Source of the DNA: an uncultured Gemmatimonadales bacterium
Lineage (GTDB): Bacteria; Gemmatimonadota; Gemmatimonadetes; Longimicrobiales; Gaopeijiaceae
Direction: 5' to 3'
DNA: 64,000 nucleotides
NCBI GenBank assembly: GCA_963823035.1
Contig: CAWGKG010000010.1
Coordinates: forward strand, 256,001-320,000
Shown here: positions 20,658 to 32,834 of the stretch, in pieces
Layout of the letters: each line of letters begins with the position of its first letter
How positions within the stretch are numbered: position 1 is the stretch's first letter
Translations under genes and position numbers: made by a program
The notes under the pieces: generated by a model
Seen by the model: the letters and a program-made list of their open reading frames with translations, nothing else
Told to the model about the DNA's origin: nothing
The model's database searches: none

Positions 20658-21581
20658 ATGTTGATCGTGACCGCGCTGGGCGGAAACGCCCTCCTTCGCC
20701 GCGATGAGGAGATGACCGCCGGGAACCAGCGGGCCAACGTGCGCATCGCGTGCGAGGCGCTGGCGGGCATCGCCGGAGAGAACCAGCTCGTGGTCACGCA
20801 CGGCAACGGGCCTCAGGTGGGCCTGCTCGACCTCCAACAGGTGGCCAACGGCTACCCCTTCGACGTTCTGGGGGCCGAGACCGAGGGCATGATCGGGTAC
20901 ATGATCGAGCAGGAGCTCGGGAACCTGATTCCCTTCGAACGCCCCATGGCGACGCTGCTCACCATGATCGAGGTCGACCCCCTGGATCCGGCGTTCGACG
21001 AGCCGACCAAGTTCATCGGCCCGGGCTATCCCGAGAGCGACGCCCGGCGGCTCGCCGCCGAAAGGGGGTGGGTGCTCAAGCTGGACGGCGCGCACTGGCG
21101 GCGGGTGGTGCCCTCGCCGGACCCCAAGCGGATCTTCGAGCTCCGTCCCATCCAGTGGCTCCTCGAGAAGGACACGATCGTCATCGCTGCCGGGGGTGGC
21201 GGGATCCCCACCATGTACCAGCCCGGGGCCGACCGGAAGCTCGTCGGCGTGGAGTGCGTCATCGACAAGGACCTGGCCTCCGGGCTCCTCGCCAAGCAGA
21301 TCTCCGCGGACGTCCTGGTCATGCTGACCGACACGGACGCGGTCTACATCAACTACGGCGAGCCCGGCCAGAGGGCGATCCGCAGGGCCTCGCCCGAGGC
21401 CCTGGGCACCTTGTCGTTTCCGGCCGGGTCGATGGGCCCCAAGGTCGAGGCCGCGTGTCGCTTCGCCTCGGCCACCGGCAAGCGGGCCGCCATCGGGGCG
21501 CTGGCCGATCTGGAACGGATCCTCGAGGGTGAGGCCGGCACGACGGTGTCGACGGGGACGGACGGTATCGTCTACGCGTGA
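20658..21581 (+). CDS. arcC: Carbamate kinase
   Basis: [82 protein letters not shown]. Confidence 0.96.
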   Translation: MLIVTALGGNALLRRDEEMTAGNQRANVRIACEALAGIAGENQLVVTHGNGPQVGLLDLQQVANGYPFDVLGAETEGMIGYMIEQELGNLIPFERPMATLLTMIEVDPLDPAFDEPTKFIGPGYPESDARRLAAERGWVLKLDGAHWRRVVPSPDPKRIFELRPIQWLLEKDTIVIAAGGGGIPTMYQPGADRKLVGVECVIDKDLASGLLAKQISADVLVMLTDTDAVYINYGEPGQRAIRRASPEALGTLSFPAGSMGPKVEAACRFASATGKRAAIGALADLERILEGEAGTTVSTGTDGIVYA

Positions 21582-21604
21582 CGCGGGCCGGGTATGCGTG
21601 CCGC

Positions 21605-22318
21605 TCAGCCCGCCAGGATCACCAGGATCGCCCCCTGCGGGTGACCCGCTCCCCACCGGAGCGTGGCCTCGCCGGCGTCGAGGAAGTAGACCGCCCCGAT
21701 GTCCTGCGCGTGGATGGTGCGTAGCGCGTCGATGCCACCGAGGAGGTTCGAATCGACGTACACCCTCAACTGTGGACCACCGTCACTGAAGTCGCCGTCG
21801 GGGGGTGGGCGCAGGGTCTGCTGGCCGCGGAGCACGAGCCACTCCGGGCGGAGCAGCTGCACGGCCTCGTATCCGGTGACGACCTTGGCGCTCTGGATCT
21901 CGTCGGCTCCCAGCCGGTCCCGACCGGAGGGGAGCGCGCTGCGCTCCGCCGGCACGCCCATCCGGCCGAGGGGGAAGCGGAAGCCGATCGCGAACCCGAC
22001 CCCGCCGCCGATGGCGGCCCAGAGCGGTCGGTCGATCTTCCGGCCCCCGGGCCCATCCTGCCAATCCCCGCGGGCGAGCTGCGAGGCGAAGAAGCCGAGC
22101 CCCGCGCCGATGACCGCCGCACCCGTCGCGGTGAGCAGCCGGGCGCCGAGGGGGAACGACGTGTGGACCGAATCGGCGGGCACGCCCGGCCAGGCCGCGA
22201 ACGGGCCACCGACGGCGCCGCCGACGGGGCGGCGTAGGGGCTGGGCACCTATGCCTCCGGGATCCATGGCGAGGAGCAGGCTCGCGAGGGCTCCCCAGCG
22301 GGCGAAGGCCGATCTCAT
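21605..22318 (-). CDS. Exported/membrane protein with C-terminal TonB-receptor plug-like domain
   Basis: Signal-like N-terminus, two Gly-rich hydrophobic helices, then YEAVQLLRPEWL...VYVDSNLLGGIDALRTIHAQDIGAVYFLDAGEATLRWGAGHPQGAILVI. Confidence 0.6.
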   Translation of the reverse strand: MRSAFARWGALASLLLAMDPGGIGAQPLRRPVGGAVGGPFAAWPGVPADSVHTSFPLGARLLTATGAAVIGAGLGFFASQLARGDWQDGPGGRKIDRPLWAAIGGGVGFAIGFRFPLGRMGVPAERSALPSGRDRLGADEIQSAKVVTGYEAVQLLRPEWLVLRGQQTLRPPPDGDFSDGGPQLRVYVDSNLLGGIDALRTIHAQDIGAVYFLDAGEATLRWGAGHPQGAILVILAG

Positions 22319-22406
22319 CGGGTTTCCGGGCTCAGTGGTCCACGCGGTGACCGTGCCGCGTCCCTGGACCATCGGAACGCGCGCGGCCCGGTGCAAGGGG
22401 TGCCGA

Positions 22407-23176
22407 TCAGAGACCGGCGCTCTGCTGCATGATGCCCCCGTCCACGACGAACGTCGTCGCCGTGGCGTAGCTCCCCCGCGGACCGGCCAGGAACGCCACC
22501 ATGCCGGCGATCTCCTCCGGCTTGGCCATGCGCCTGAGCGGGATCGCCGCCTCGAGCCGCGTCCATGAGCACCTGGTCCTTCATCGTCTCCCGGTTGATG
22601 GGGGTCTCCACCGCGCCGGGCGCGACCCCGACCACCAGGATGCCGTGCTTCGCCAGCTCGACACCGGCCGTGCGGGTGAGCATGCGCATCCCGCCCTTGG
22701 ACAGGCAGTACGCCGTGTTCCCCGGCATCGGCCAGTCCTCGTGCACGGACGAGATGTTGATGATCCGGCCACCGTCGCCCTGCGCGATCATCTGCCGGGC
22801 CGCGATCTGCGTGCCGAAGAAGGCGCTCTTAAGGTTGATGTCCATCACGCGGTCGTACTGCTCCTCCGTGGTGTCGAGCACCGAGGTGCGCGTCTCGACC
22901 CCCGCGTTGTTGACCATGATGTCCAGGCGCCCGTACTCCTTCACGGCGGCGGCGACGAGACGCTCGAGGTCGGACACCTTGCTGACGTCGGCGCGCACGC
23001 CGATGGCCTCGACGCCCGAGGGCCGTCACCTCGCGGTCGAGCTCCTCCGTGGCCTCGGGATGCGCGATGTAGTCGATGACGATGTCGGCGCCCTGCCGTG
23101 CGAGCTCCCGCACCACCGCCATCCCGATGCCGCTGTTGCCGCCGGTGACGACGGCGACCTTTCCGCTCAGTTCCAT
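22407..23176 (-). CDS. SDR oxidoreductase, glucose 1-dehydrogenase-like; frameshifts near 23020 and 22560
   Basis: VAVVTGGNSGIG, DIMVNNAG, NISSVHEDWP, YCLSKGG (YxxxK), VAPGAVETPIN, C-terminal TFVVDGGIMQQSAGL*. Confidence 0.88.
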
Positions 23177-23193
23177 CGTGGTTCCTCCTGGCA

Positions 23194-25917
23194 TCATGCC
23201 CCCTGTTCGTCGAGCTCGAAGAGGAGCGAAGAGATCAACGCGGTCCAACCGGTCTGGTGGCTCGCGCCGAGCCCCATGCCGGTGTCACCGTGGAAGTACT
23301 CGTGGAAGGGGATGAGGTCCCGCCAGTGGGGGTCGGTCTGGAAGTACTCGTTGTCCCCCCACACCGCGCGCCGACCGCCGCGGGTCGCGATCGCGCAGGA
23401 AGATCCGGGCGAGGCGGCGGGTGAGGAACGCGGCGACGTCGGCGAGCGGCAGGTGCTCTCCCGAGCCGGTCGGACATTCGACGAGGAAGCGCTCCCCGTG
23501 GTAGCGTGACAGCTCTCGGAGCGCGTCCACGATCATGTAGTTCAGCGGGAACCAGATCGGCCCGCGCCAGTTGGAGTTGCCGCCGAAGATGCGGTTGTCC
23601 GACTCCGCGGGGAGGTACCGGATGGACAGGGAGTGTCCGTCCGTGTCCAGCACGTACGGAGGATCGAGGTGCTGGCGCGACAGCGACCGGACGCCGTAGT
23701 CGGCGAGGAACTCCTCCGGGTCGAGCATGCGTCGGAGCACGGCGCGGAGGCGGTCCGCGTCGAGGACGGCCAGGAGCACGCGATCCTCCTCTCCGGGCAC
23801 CCCGATCGGCGCGACGTTCGTAAGCAGGCTGGGACGCTGCTGCAGGAACTCCGTTGCGCGCGCGATGAAGCGGTCGAGGCCTGCCGTCTCCGCCGGCGCC
23901 AGAACGTGCACCGCGAGCAGGGGGATGAGGCCGACCGCGGAGCGAGCCTTCACCGGGAAGCTCTCGCCGGACGAGAGGCGGATGACGTCGTAGAAGAAGG
24001 CGTCGGCGTCGTCCCACAGGTCGATGCCGGCGCCGTCCATGTTCGTCATCGCGTGCGCGATGTAGATGAAGTGCTCGAAGAAGCGCAACGACGCGTCCTG
24101 GTAGAACGGGTCTTGCCGGGCCAGCTCGTCGGCGATGCACAGCATGGTCAGACAGAACCTGGCCATCCAGCTGGTACCGTCGCTCTGTTCGAGCTGTGCG
24201 CCGTTCGGGAGCGGATGGCTGCGATCGAACAGGCCCACGTTGTCCATCCCGAGAAAGCCGCCACCGAAGAGGTCGCGGCCGCTCGCGTCCTTCCGGTTCA
24301 CCCAGAAGCTGTAGCAGAGCAGCTCGCTCTGGTACGCCGCCTCGAGGAACGCGACGTCTCCCCGGCCGGTCCGCGCCCGGTCGAGGGCGTACACCTGCCA
24401 CGCCGCCCACCCGAGCAGGGGCGGGTTGACGTCGTCGAAGTTCCATTCGTAGGCCGGGACCTGCCCGCTGAGGTGCTGATAGCGGACGTCGCCCATGCGC
24501 AGCAGCTGCTCCTTGGCCAGCTCGGGGTCGATGCGCGCGATCGACACGCAGTGGAAGGCGAGGTCCCAAGCTGCGTACCAGGGATACTCCCAGGTGTCCG
24601 GCATCAGCAGCACGTCGGCGTTGGAGAGGTTCTTCCAGCGCCGGTTGCGTCCCTGCCACCGCTCCTCCGGCGGCGGAGGCTGCGTCGGGTCGCCACGCAG
24701 CCAACGGTACACGTCGTAGTGGTAGAACTGCTTGGACCAGAGGAGACCGGCCAGCGCTTGGCGCTGGACCGCGCCGCTCGTCCTCTCCCAGGGACGGCGG
24801 GTGCACGGCCTCGTAGAAGGCGTCGGCCTCCGCCTCCCTGCCGATCCATCACCGCGTCGAAGTCGGCGAAGGGGTCGTCCCGCGGCTCCGCGCAGAAGCG
24901 CACCTCCACGGTGAAGGACGCCCCGGGCTCGACCACGGCATGGGCGTGCCCTGCGAGCTTGCTCCCCTCGTCCCTGCGGACGCGGTCCCCGAGTCCGGCG
25001 ACGACGGCGTGGTGGATGCCGTCCTTCACCCATGGCGTCGGGTTGGGCTGGCCGAAGAGGCGGTCCGCGTTCGTCTCGTTCTCCGTGAAGAGGAGCTCCA
25101 CGGCCTCGTCGTCGGACGCCCGGACGTACCACCAGCGCTCCCCGATCGCTTCGTGCGCCGTGTGGGCCGCGTCCGGACCGACGGCGCGGATGCGAGGGCG
25201 CTCGGCCCCATGGCTCCACGACCAGGTGTTCCGGTACCACAGGTGGGGAAGCACGTGGACGGGCGCGGCGTCGGAGCCGCGGTTGACGACGGTGATGCGG
25301 CAGAGGACGTCCTCCGGGTTCGCCTTCGCGTACTCGACGAAGACGTCGAAATAGCGGTTCGCCGTGAACGTCTCCCGCAACGCGTCGTACAGCTCGAACT
25401 CGGGCTCCTCCTGGGTGCGCGCGCCGTTCTCCCGCACCAGCAAGTCGTAGGGATACGCGACCTGCGGGTACTTGTAGAGCATCTTCATCCACGCATGCGA
25501 GGGCGTACCGTCCAGGAAGAACCAGTACTCCTTGGCGTCCTCGCCGTGGTTGCCCTGGCCGTTGTCCAGCCCGAAGAGCCGCTCCTTGAGGATGGGGTCG
25601 CGCTCGTTCCACAGCGCGACGGACAGGCAGATGTTCTGGTCGAGGTCGCAGAAGCCAGCGAGGCCGTCCTCGTTCCAGCGGTAAGCACGGCTGCGTGCGT
25701 GGTCGTGGGGGAAGTAGCGCCAGGCGTCGCCGTCCGCGCTGTAGTCCTCGCGCACGGTTCCCCACGCACGCTCTGCGAGGTAGGGACCCCAGCGACGCCA
25801 TTTCGCCCGCCCGGAAGCCTGTTCGTTCAGGCGCTCGTGCTCCGCCGTCTTCCGTTCCCCGCCGCCTGCGCCTGTCGCTGCGGCCGGGGCCGTGGGCGCG
25901 TTGGGCTTTCCATCCAT
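23194..25917 (-). CDS. Glycoside hydrolase family 63-like (MGH1/glucosidase); frameshifts near 24840, 24780 and 23380
   Basis: [114 protein letters not shown]. Confidence 0.9.
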
Positions 25918-26131
25918 GGAGGGTCTGCCGGTCGTGCTCTGGGGGAGGAGAGCCAAGATGCGTGACGCGACACTCTTCGTCCAGCACGCCGAGGGTCGAT
26001 GCCTCCTGCTTGTCGGCGGGCGGGCTCCCCGTCTACTCTGCGACCCGCGCCGCAACGGCGCCTCGTCGGTGGGTCGCGACCACGCAACGTGGCCCCCCTG
26101 TTCTTCCCCGGGCCAGGAGGGTCCCGTGCGG

Positions 26132-29100
26132 ATGCCCGCTTTCCGCTGGACGGCCGTCGCGGTCACGCTGCTCACGCTCGACCTCGTGGCGCCGCTCCCG
26201 GCGCGCGCCCAGGTCGATTCCGCGCTGTTCTCTTCCATGCACTTCCGCAACATCGGACCCTTCCGCGGAGGCCGCGTCACCACCGTGACGGGCGTGCCGG
26301 GGAAGCCCTTCACCTTCTACATGGGGGCCACGGGCGGCGGTGTGTGGAAGACCACCGACGCGGGCACGAGCTGGCACAACCTCTCCGACGGCTACTTCAC
26401 GACCACGGGGATCGGCGACATCCGGGTGGCACCGTCGGATCCCAACGTGCTCTACGTGGGCACCGGGGAGTCGCCGGTGCGTGGCGTGAAGACCTCGCAT
26501 GGCGACGGCGTCTACAAGTCGACGGACGCGGGGGCGACGTGGACGCACCTGGGCCTCGAGGCCACGCGCCACATCGCCAAGATCCAGGTCGACCCGCGTG
26601 ATCCGGACCGCGTGTGGCTCGCAGCCCTCGGCAACCCGTGGGGCCCCAACCCGGAGCGCGGTATCTACCGCTCCGAGGATGGCGGCGCGAGTTGGGACAG
26701 GATCCTCTTCGTGAGCGACTCCGCGGGCTTCGTGGACCTGAGCATGGACGCCCACAACCCCGACCACATGATGGCCACGTCGTGGGAGTTCCGCCGCTTC
26801 CCGTGGGCGGTGAAGAGCGGCGGACCGGGGAGCGCCGTGTGGAAGACCACGGACGGCGGCGAGCACTGGCGGCGCATCGAGGCCGGCCTCCCGGCGCTGA
26901 AGGGGAAGATCGGCGTCGCGATCTCCCCCGCCGACCCGAACGTGGTCTACCTGGCCATCGAGGCCGTCGGCGCGGAGGGCGGCGTGTACCGCTCCGACGA
27001 CGCCGGCGAGACGTTCCGCCAGGTGAGCAACGACCCGACGACGTTCGCCCGCCCCTGGTACTACATGCACATCATCGCCGACCCGCAGGACCCGGACGAG
27101 GTGTGGGTCATGAACAGCGGGCCGATGAAGTCGATCGACGGCGGGAAGACGTACACGCGCATGCCCGACGCCCACGTGGACCACCATGCGCTGTGGATCA
27201 ACCCGGACGACTCGGACATCATGATCAACGGCAACGACGGGGGCGCGGCCATCACGCTGAACGGCGGCCGGACCTGGTCGACACAGCTCAACCAGTCCAC
27301 CGCGCAGATGTACCGCGTCGAGACCGACGACGGGTACCCGTACAAGGTCTACTCCGGGCAGCAGGACGCGAGCGGCATCGTCATCGCGAGCCAGACGCTC
27401 GGCGACGGCATCGGCGAGCACGACTGGCAGACGATCCGCTCCGGCGAGTCGGCCACGGTGGCGCTCGACCCGGAGAACCCGCGCTACGTCTACACCACCT
27501 TCTTCGCCGGCTTCCTGGGCGAGTGGGACGCCGTCACGCAGAACTACCGCATGATCCGCCCGTACGCGGAGCGGGTGGAGGGCGAGCAGCCGAAGAACCT
27601 CAAGTACCGCGCGAACTGGAACGGCCCGGTCGAGGTCTCCCCGCACGACCCGAACGTCCTCTACTACGGGTCGCAGTTCGTGATGAAGTCCACCGACCGA
27701 GGCACGACCTGGACGGTGATCAGCGACGACCTGACGCGCAACGACAAGGACCACCAGGGGAAGGGCGGATACCCGATCTCGAACGAGCAGATCACGGCCG
27801 AGAGCTACAACGACGTCTTCAACATCGAGGAGTCACCGCTCACCGAAGGCGTGGTCTGGGTGGGCTCCGACGACGGCCTCGTGCACGTTACGCGCGACGG
27901 CGGGAGGACGTGGAAGAACGTCACGCCGCGGGACCTCCCCGAGAGCATCGTCAACGTGATCGAACCTTCGCCGCATGACCCTGCCACCGCGTACTTCGCC
28001 GCGGCCGGCTACAAGCTCAACGACTTCACGCCTTACATCTACAAGACGAACGACTACGGGGAGACGTGGACGAAGATCGTGCGCGGCATCCCCGGCAACA
28101 CCTTCGCGCGCTCCGTGCGCGAGGACCCCGACCGGCGCGGCCTCCTGTACGCCGGCACGGAGACGGGGCCGTTCGTCTCCTTCGACGACGGCGGGATGTG
28201 GCAGCCGCTTCAGCTCGACCTTCCCGAGGTGCCGATCACCGACATGCGCGTCCGCCAGAAGGACCTGGTCGTTTCCACGCAGGGTCGTGGGCTGTGGATC
28301 CTCGACGACCTCACCCCGCTCCACCAGATCACCGACCAGGTGGCCGCCGCGGACGTGTGGCTGTACCGCCCGCGCGACACGTATCGCGACATCGCCGACG
28401 GCTACTACGCGGAGGGCGGGCCGGGCGAGAATCCGCCGAAGGGCGTGCAGGTGAACTACATGCTGAAGGACGCGGTGCCCGACGACACCCCCATGTCCAT
28501 GGAGATCCTCGACGATGCCGGACGGGTGGTCTTCTCCGAGCGAACGGACGATCCTACGCCCGACTGCCCGGGCTCGACGCGCCCGAAGCTCCTGAAGCGC
28601 GAGGCCCGGCGCGCACCGGTGGAGCTGGAACATGCAGGTCGGCGCGTTCCCCTGTTTCGTCGAGATCACCGCGACGTCGCCCGGGCTCGGCGCCTATACC
28701 GCGCGACCGGGCCGCTACCAGGCACGGCTCACCGTGGGTGGCACGACCCGCACGCAGGAGTTCCGCATCCTGGTCGACCCGAGGTTGGAGGGCATCGTCG
28801 CCGACCCCGTCGCCGAATACGCGGAGCTGGACCGTCTGTCGAAGTCGCTGTACGACGCGGCGACGCGGATGGGTGAGGGTGTCGGCGACCTGCGCAAGGT
28901 GAAGGACCAGCTCGACGTGATCCTCGAGCTCACCTCGGCGCAGGACGTGCAGGAGGGCGGGGACGCGCTGGACGGCGAGCTCGACGGCTGGATCGAGAAG
29001 ATCCTCCAGGGAGACCTGAAGACCTTCCAGCACGCCTACCAGTTCGAGGCGCGTCTCATGATGAAGTACAAGGACCTGCTCGGCAGGATGAGCGGCGCCA

Positions 29101-29270
29101 ACATCCCGGTCACGCAGGGCGTGCGCGACGTCACGGCCGACTACCTGGCGCAGTGGTCCGCCCTGCAGACCGAGCTGCAACTCATCAAGACACGGGACAT
29201 CCCCGCGTTCAACGAGGTGCTGACGCGGGCGGGGTTGCCGCCGCTCTATCTACCGCGGCCGATCAGCTGA
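26132..29270 (+). CDS. Secreted VPS10/sortilin-like (BNR/Asp-box) beta-propeller glycosyl hydrolase; frameshift near 28605
   Basis: Signal peptide, FRNIGPFRGGRV, repeated Asp-boxes (KTTDAGTSW, KSTDAGATW, RSEDGGASW, KTTDGGEHW, KSTDRGTTW, TRDGGRTW), DHHALWINP, GNDGG. Helical C-terminus in ORF 28632..29270. Confidence 0.88.
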
Positions 29271-29645
29271 GACGACGCCGGGGTGCCGCGGCGTTGCGGA
29301 GGAGGCGGGCTCGGCCCGATCGAGGATCCGCGTAGGGCCGCGTAGAGCCGATCTTGCGTCCCCCGGGGGGAGATCCTAGGCTGGAGACGCAGTGTGAAAT
29401 ATCAGGGCTCACTTCGTGGTGTGCCCCCCGACCTCGCGAGATTCTCTTTCGCGCCCCCGCGCGAAACAGCCCCCCAGGGCTCCCTGGCCGATCTGGGCCG
29501 TCATGCGACGCCGGCCGGAGTCCCGGTCGTGCGCCGCGCGTGAGCCCCCGGAAATCCGGCCTTGCGATCGGTGACCGACCCCCTGCGGGCCTTCACCACG
29601 ACCGCCTCTGCCGGGTTTCGTCCACCCGTTCGCGAGGAGGCAGTC

Positions 29646-32600
29646 ATGAAGCGTCTCGCTACCCGAGGAGCCCTGCTTCTGATCGTGCTGTTGGCCCTCC
29701 CCGCTCTGCTCGGCGCACAGCAGATGCGGAGGGTCACCGGACACGTGACGTTGCCGGGGGCCGTGGTTCCGGCAGGCGTGCAGGTCGCCATCAAGGGCAC
29801 GAACCTGGGCGTACTCACCAACGGGCAGGGTGACTTCGTCATCCAGGCCCCCGAGAGCGCCACCACGCTCGTCTTCACCTACATCGGCTACAAGACCCTC
29901 GAGGCGCCCATCCGGGACCGCGTCGAGGTCACCCTCGACGAGGAAGCGATCGGCCTCGAGGGAATCGTCGTCACCGCGCTGGGCGTCGAACGCGAGAAGA
30001 AGACGCTCGGCTACGCGGTGCAGGAGATCCGCGCCGATCAGATCGTCGCCGTGCCGAAGGACAACCTGGTCAACGCGCTCCAGGGTCAGGTGGCCGGCGT
30101 GCACGTCACGAACGCGGGCGTGACCGGCGGCAGCTCCCGGATCGTGATCCGCGGGGCGAGCTCGATCACCGGCGAGAACCAGCCGCTCTTCATCGTCGAC
30201 GGCATCCCGGTCGACAACTCCTCTCGCCGGGTCGTCCGGCTACTCGGGGATGGACTGGGGGAACGCCCTCCAGGACCTCGACCCCAACAACATCGAGTCC
30301 GTCAGCGTGCTGAAGGGACCGAACGCGGCCGCGCTCTACGGCACGCGGGCGGCGAACGGCGCGGTGGTGATCACGACCAAGACGGCGCGCCCCGGGATGG
30401 GTGGGCTGGGCATCACGGCCACCTCGTCCGTCACCTTCGAGCAGCCTCTGCGCCTGCCGAGCTACCAGAACCTGTACGGGCAGGGCTACAACGGGGAGTT
30501 CCAGTACGTGGACGGCGCGGGCGCCGGTACGTGGGACTACGTCGACGAGAGTTGGGGTCCGAAGATGGACGGCCGCCTCATCGACCAGTTCACCGGTGCG
30601 CAGCAGCCGTGGCTGCCGCATCCCGACAACGTCCGCGACTACTTCCGCACCGGGTCGAACTGGAACACCAACGTGGCCGTGGCGCGCGCGACCGAGTCGT
30701 CGAACATCCGGCTGTCGGTCACGAGCACGCAGACCGAAGGCATGGCTCCGGGCAACACGATCGACCGCAAGTCGGTGGCCTTGAAGGGCGGGGCGTCCGT
30801 GACCGACCGTCTGAAGGCCAGCGCGATGATCAACTACCTGAGCCAGGACGGGAATAACCGCGTGGGGACGGGTTACTACGACGACAACCCCATGCAGAAC
30901 TTCACCTGGTTCGGGCGGCAGGTCGATCTCAACGCCCTGACGTCACTGGAAGTGCGACGGCAGCGAGCCGACCGCGTGCGTGCCGGGACAGGAGTACAAC
31001 TGGAACTACAACTACCACGACAACCCGTTCTGGGTGCAGTACGCCAACGGCACCGGCGACACGCGTGATCGCGTCATCGGTGACATCCAGACCGACTATC
31101 AGGTCAACGACTGGATCACGGTCACCGGCAAGATCGCCAAGGACTACTACCAGTGGCACAAGAAGGACGATTCCGAGGTGGGCACGGTCGGCGGATGGGC
31201 CGGCGTGAGGGGCGGCTTCCGTGAGTCCACGGAGTACCGCTCCGAGACCAACATGGACCTCCTGGCGGTCGCCACGCGCCAGCTCACCGGCGACATCCTG
31301 ATGGATGCCACGGCCGGAGCGAACACGCGCCTGAACGAGTACCGCTACGGCGAAGTGAGCACGACGGCGCTGACCGTGCCGGGGATCTTCACGATCGACA
31401 ACTCGGCCGAGGTCATCGGCTCGTCGGACACCTACAACAAGAAGCAGGTACGGAGCGTCTACGGGTCGCTGAGCCTCAACTACAAGGGCTGGCTCAACGT
31501 CGACCTCACGGGACGCAACGACTGGTCGTCGACGCTACCCGAGAACAACCGGTCGTTCTTCTATCCGTCGATCTCTTCGGCGTTCGTCTTCTCCGACGCC
31601 TTCGGGATGACCGGCGACCTCCTCAGCTCCGGGAAGGTCCGGGCGAGTTGGACGCGCGTCGGCAACGACACCGATCCGTATCAGCTGGTCGCCACGTTGA
31701 ACGCCCAGGATCCGTACGGCGGTGCCCCGATGTTCTCGATCCCCAACCAGCTCTACAACGCCAACCTCAAGCCCGAAGAGGTGACGTCTTGGGAGGTCGG
31801 GACCGATCTGGGCTTCCTGGACGAGCGACTCGGCTTCGTGCTGACGTACTACAACAGCACGACGCGCGACCTGATCATGCCGGTGCAGGTCTCCGGCGCC
31901 AGCGGCTTCACCAGCCAGATCCTGAACGCGGGTGAGGTGCGCAACAAGGGCATCGAGCTGCTGCTGCGGGCCACGCCGGTCCGGGCGGACAACGGTCTGC
32001 GCTGGGACATGACGCTCAACTGGAGCAAGAACAACAACGAGGTGGTGCAGCTGTACGGGGATCTCCAGAACCTCGTGCTGGGCGGGATGTGGAGCCTGAA
32101 CATCGAGGCCCGTCCCGGGGAGCCGTACGGCGTCATGTTCGGCAACGGCTACCTGCGGTGCACGCAGGCGCTCGTCGCCGATGGCAGCTGCAACACGTCG
32201 CAGCTGGGCATGGAGATGCTGGATGCGGACGGGTATCCGAAGATCGACCCCGTGCGCAGGATCCTCGGCAAGTACACGCCGGACTGGAGCGGCGGCATCC
32301 AGAACCGCTTCAGCTACGGGCCCTTCGAGCTGAGCACGCTCTTCGACGGCCAGTACGGCGGCAACGTCTTCTCCGTGACCGACTGGTTCGGCACGCAGGC
32401 GGGTGTTCTGGAGCGTACGCTGCGGGGTCGCGAGGAGGACGTCTGCCTCCCCGGCATCGTGGAACGCGGAGTTCTCCCGGACGGCACCACGAACGGCGAG
32501 GGTGGCTCGGAGGTTTCGCTCTGCTCCGAGGACTACTTCCACAATTGGTGGAACAACCAGGAAACGGCGGTCGACGATGCCTCCTACCTGAAGTTCCGGG

Positions 32601-32818
32601 AGGCGCGCCTGACCTATCGGATCCCCGAGTCCTTCATGGAGCGTCTGGGCTTCTCCCAAGGGGACATCTCCATCATCGGACGGAACCTGTACCTGTGGGC
32701 GAAGACGCCCAACATCGATCCCGAGACCGCCTACGACGCCAGCAACGTCCAGGGGCTCGAGTCCGGGCAGTTCCCGACGGCGCGCAGCCTCGGGTTCTCC
32801 ATGACGATCCGGCCGTGA
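29646..32818 (+). CDS. SusC/RagA-family TonB-dependent outer membrane transporter; frameshifts near 30230 and 30945
   Basis: GAGGAGG RBS. VVTALGVEREKKTLGYAVQ, IRGASSITGENQPLFIVDG, DLDPNNIESVSVLKGPNAAALYGTRAANGAVVITTK, GRNDWSSTLP, NLKPE, NAGEVRNKGIE, DASYLKFRE, FPTARSLGFS. Confidence 0.93.
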
Positions 32819-32834
32819 CCACGGGAGGCACACG

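Noticed and set aside
29392..29413. CRP-like site (TGTGA...TCACT) or riboswitch upstream of the SusC-like gene
   Set aside because: Half-site spacing is 11 nt rather than 6, and I recognise no riboswitch consensus by eye; an Rfam/Infernal scan of 29271-29645 would settle it.
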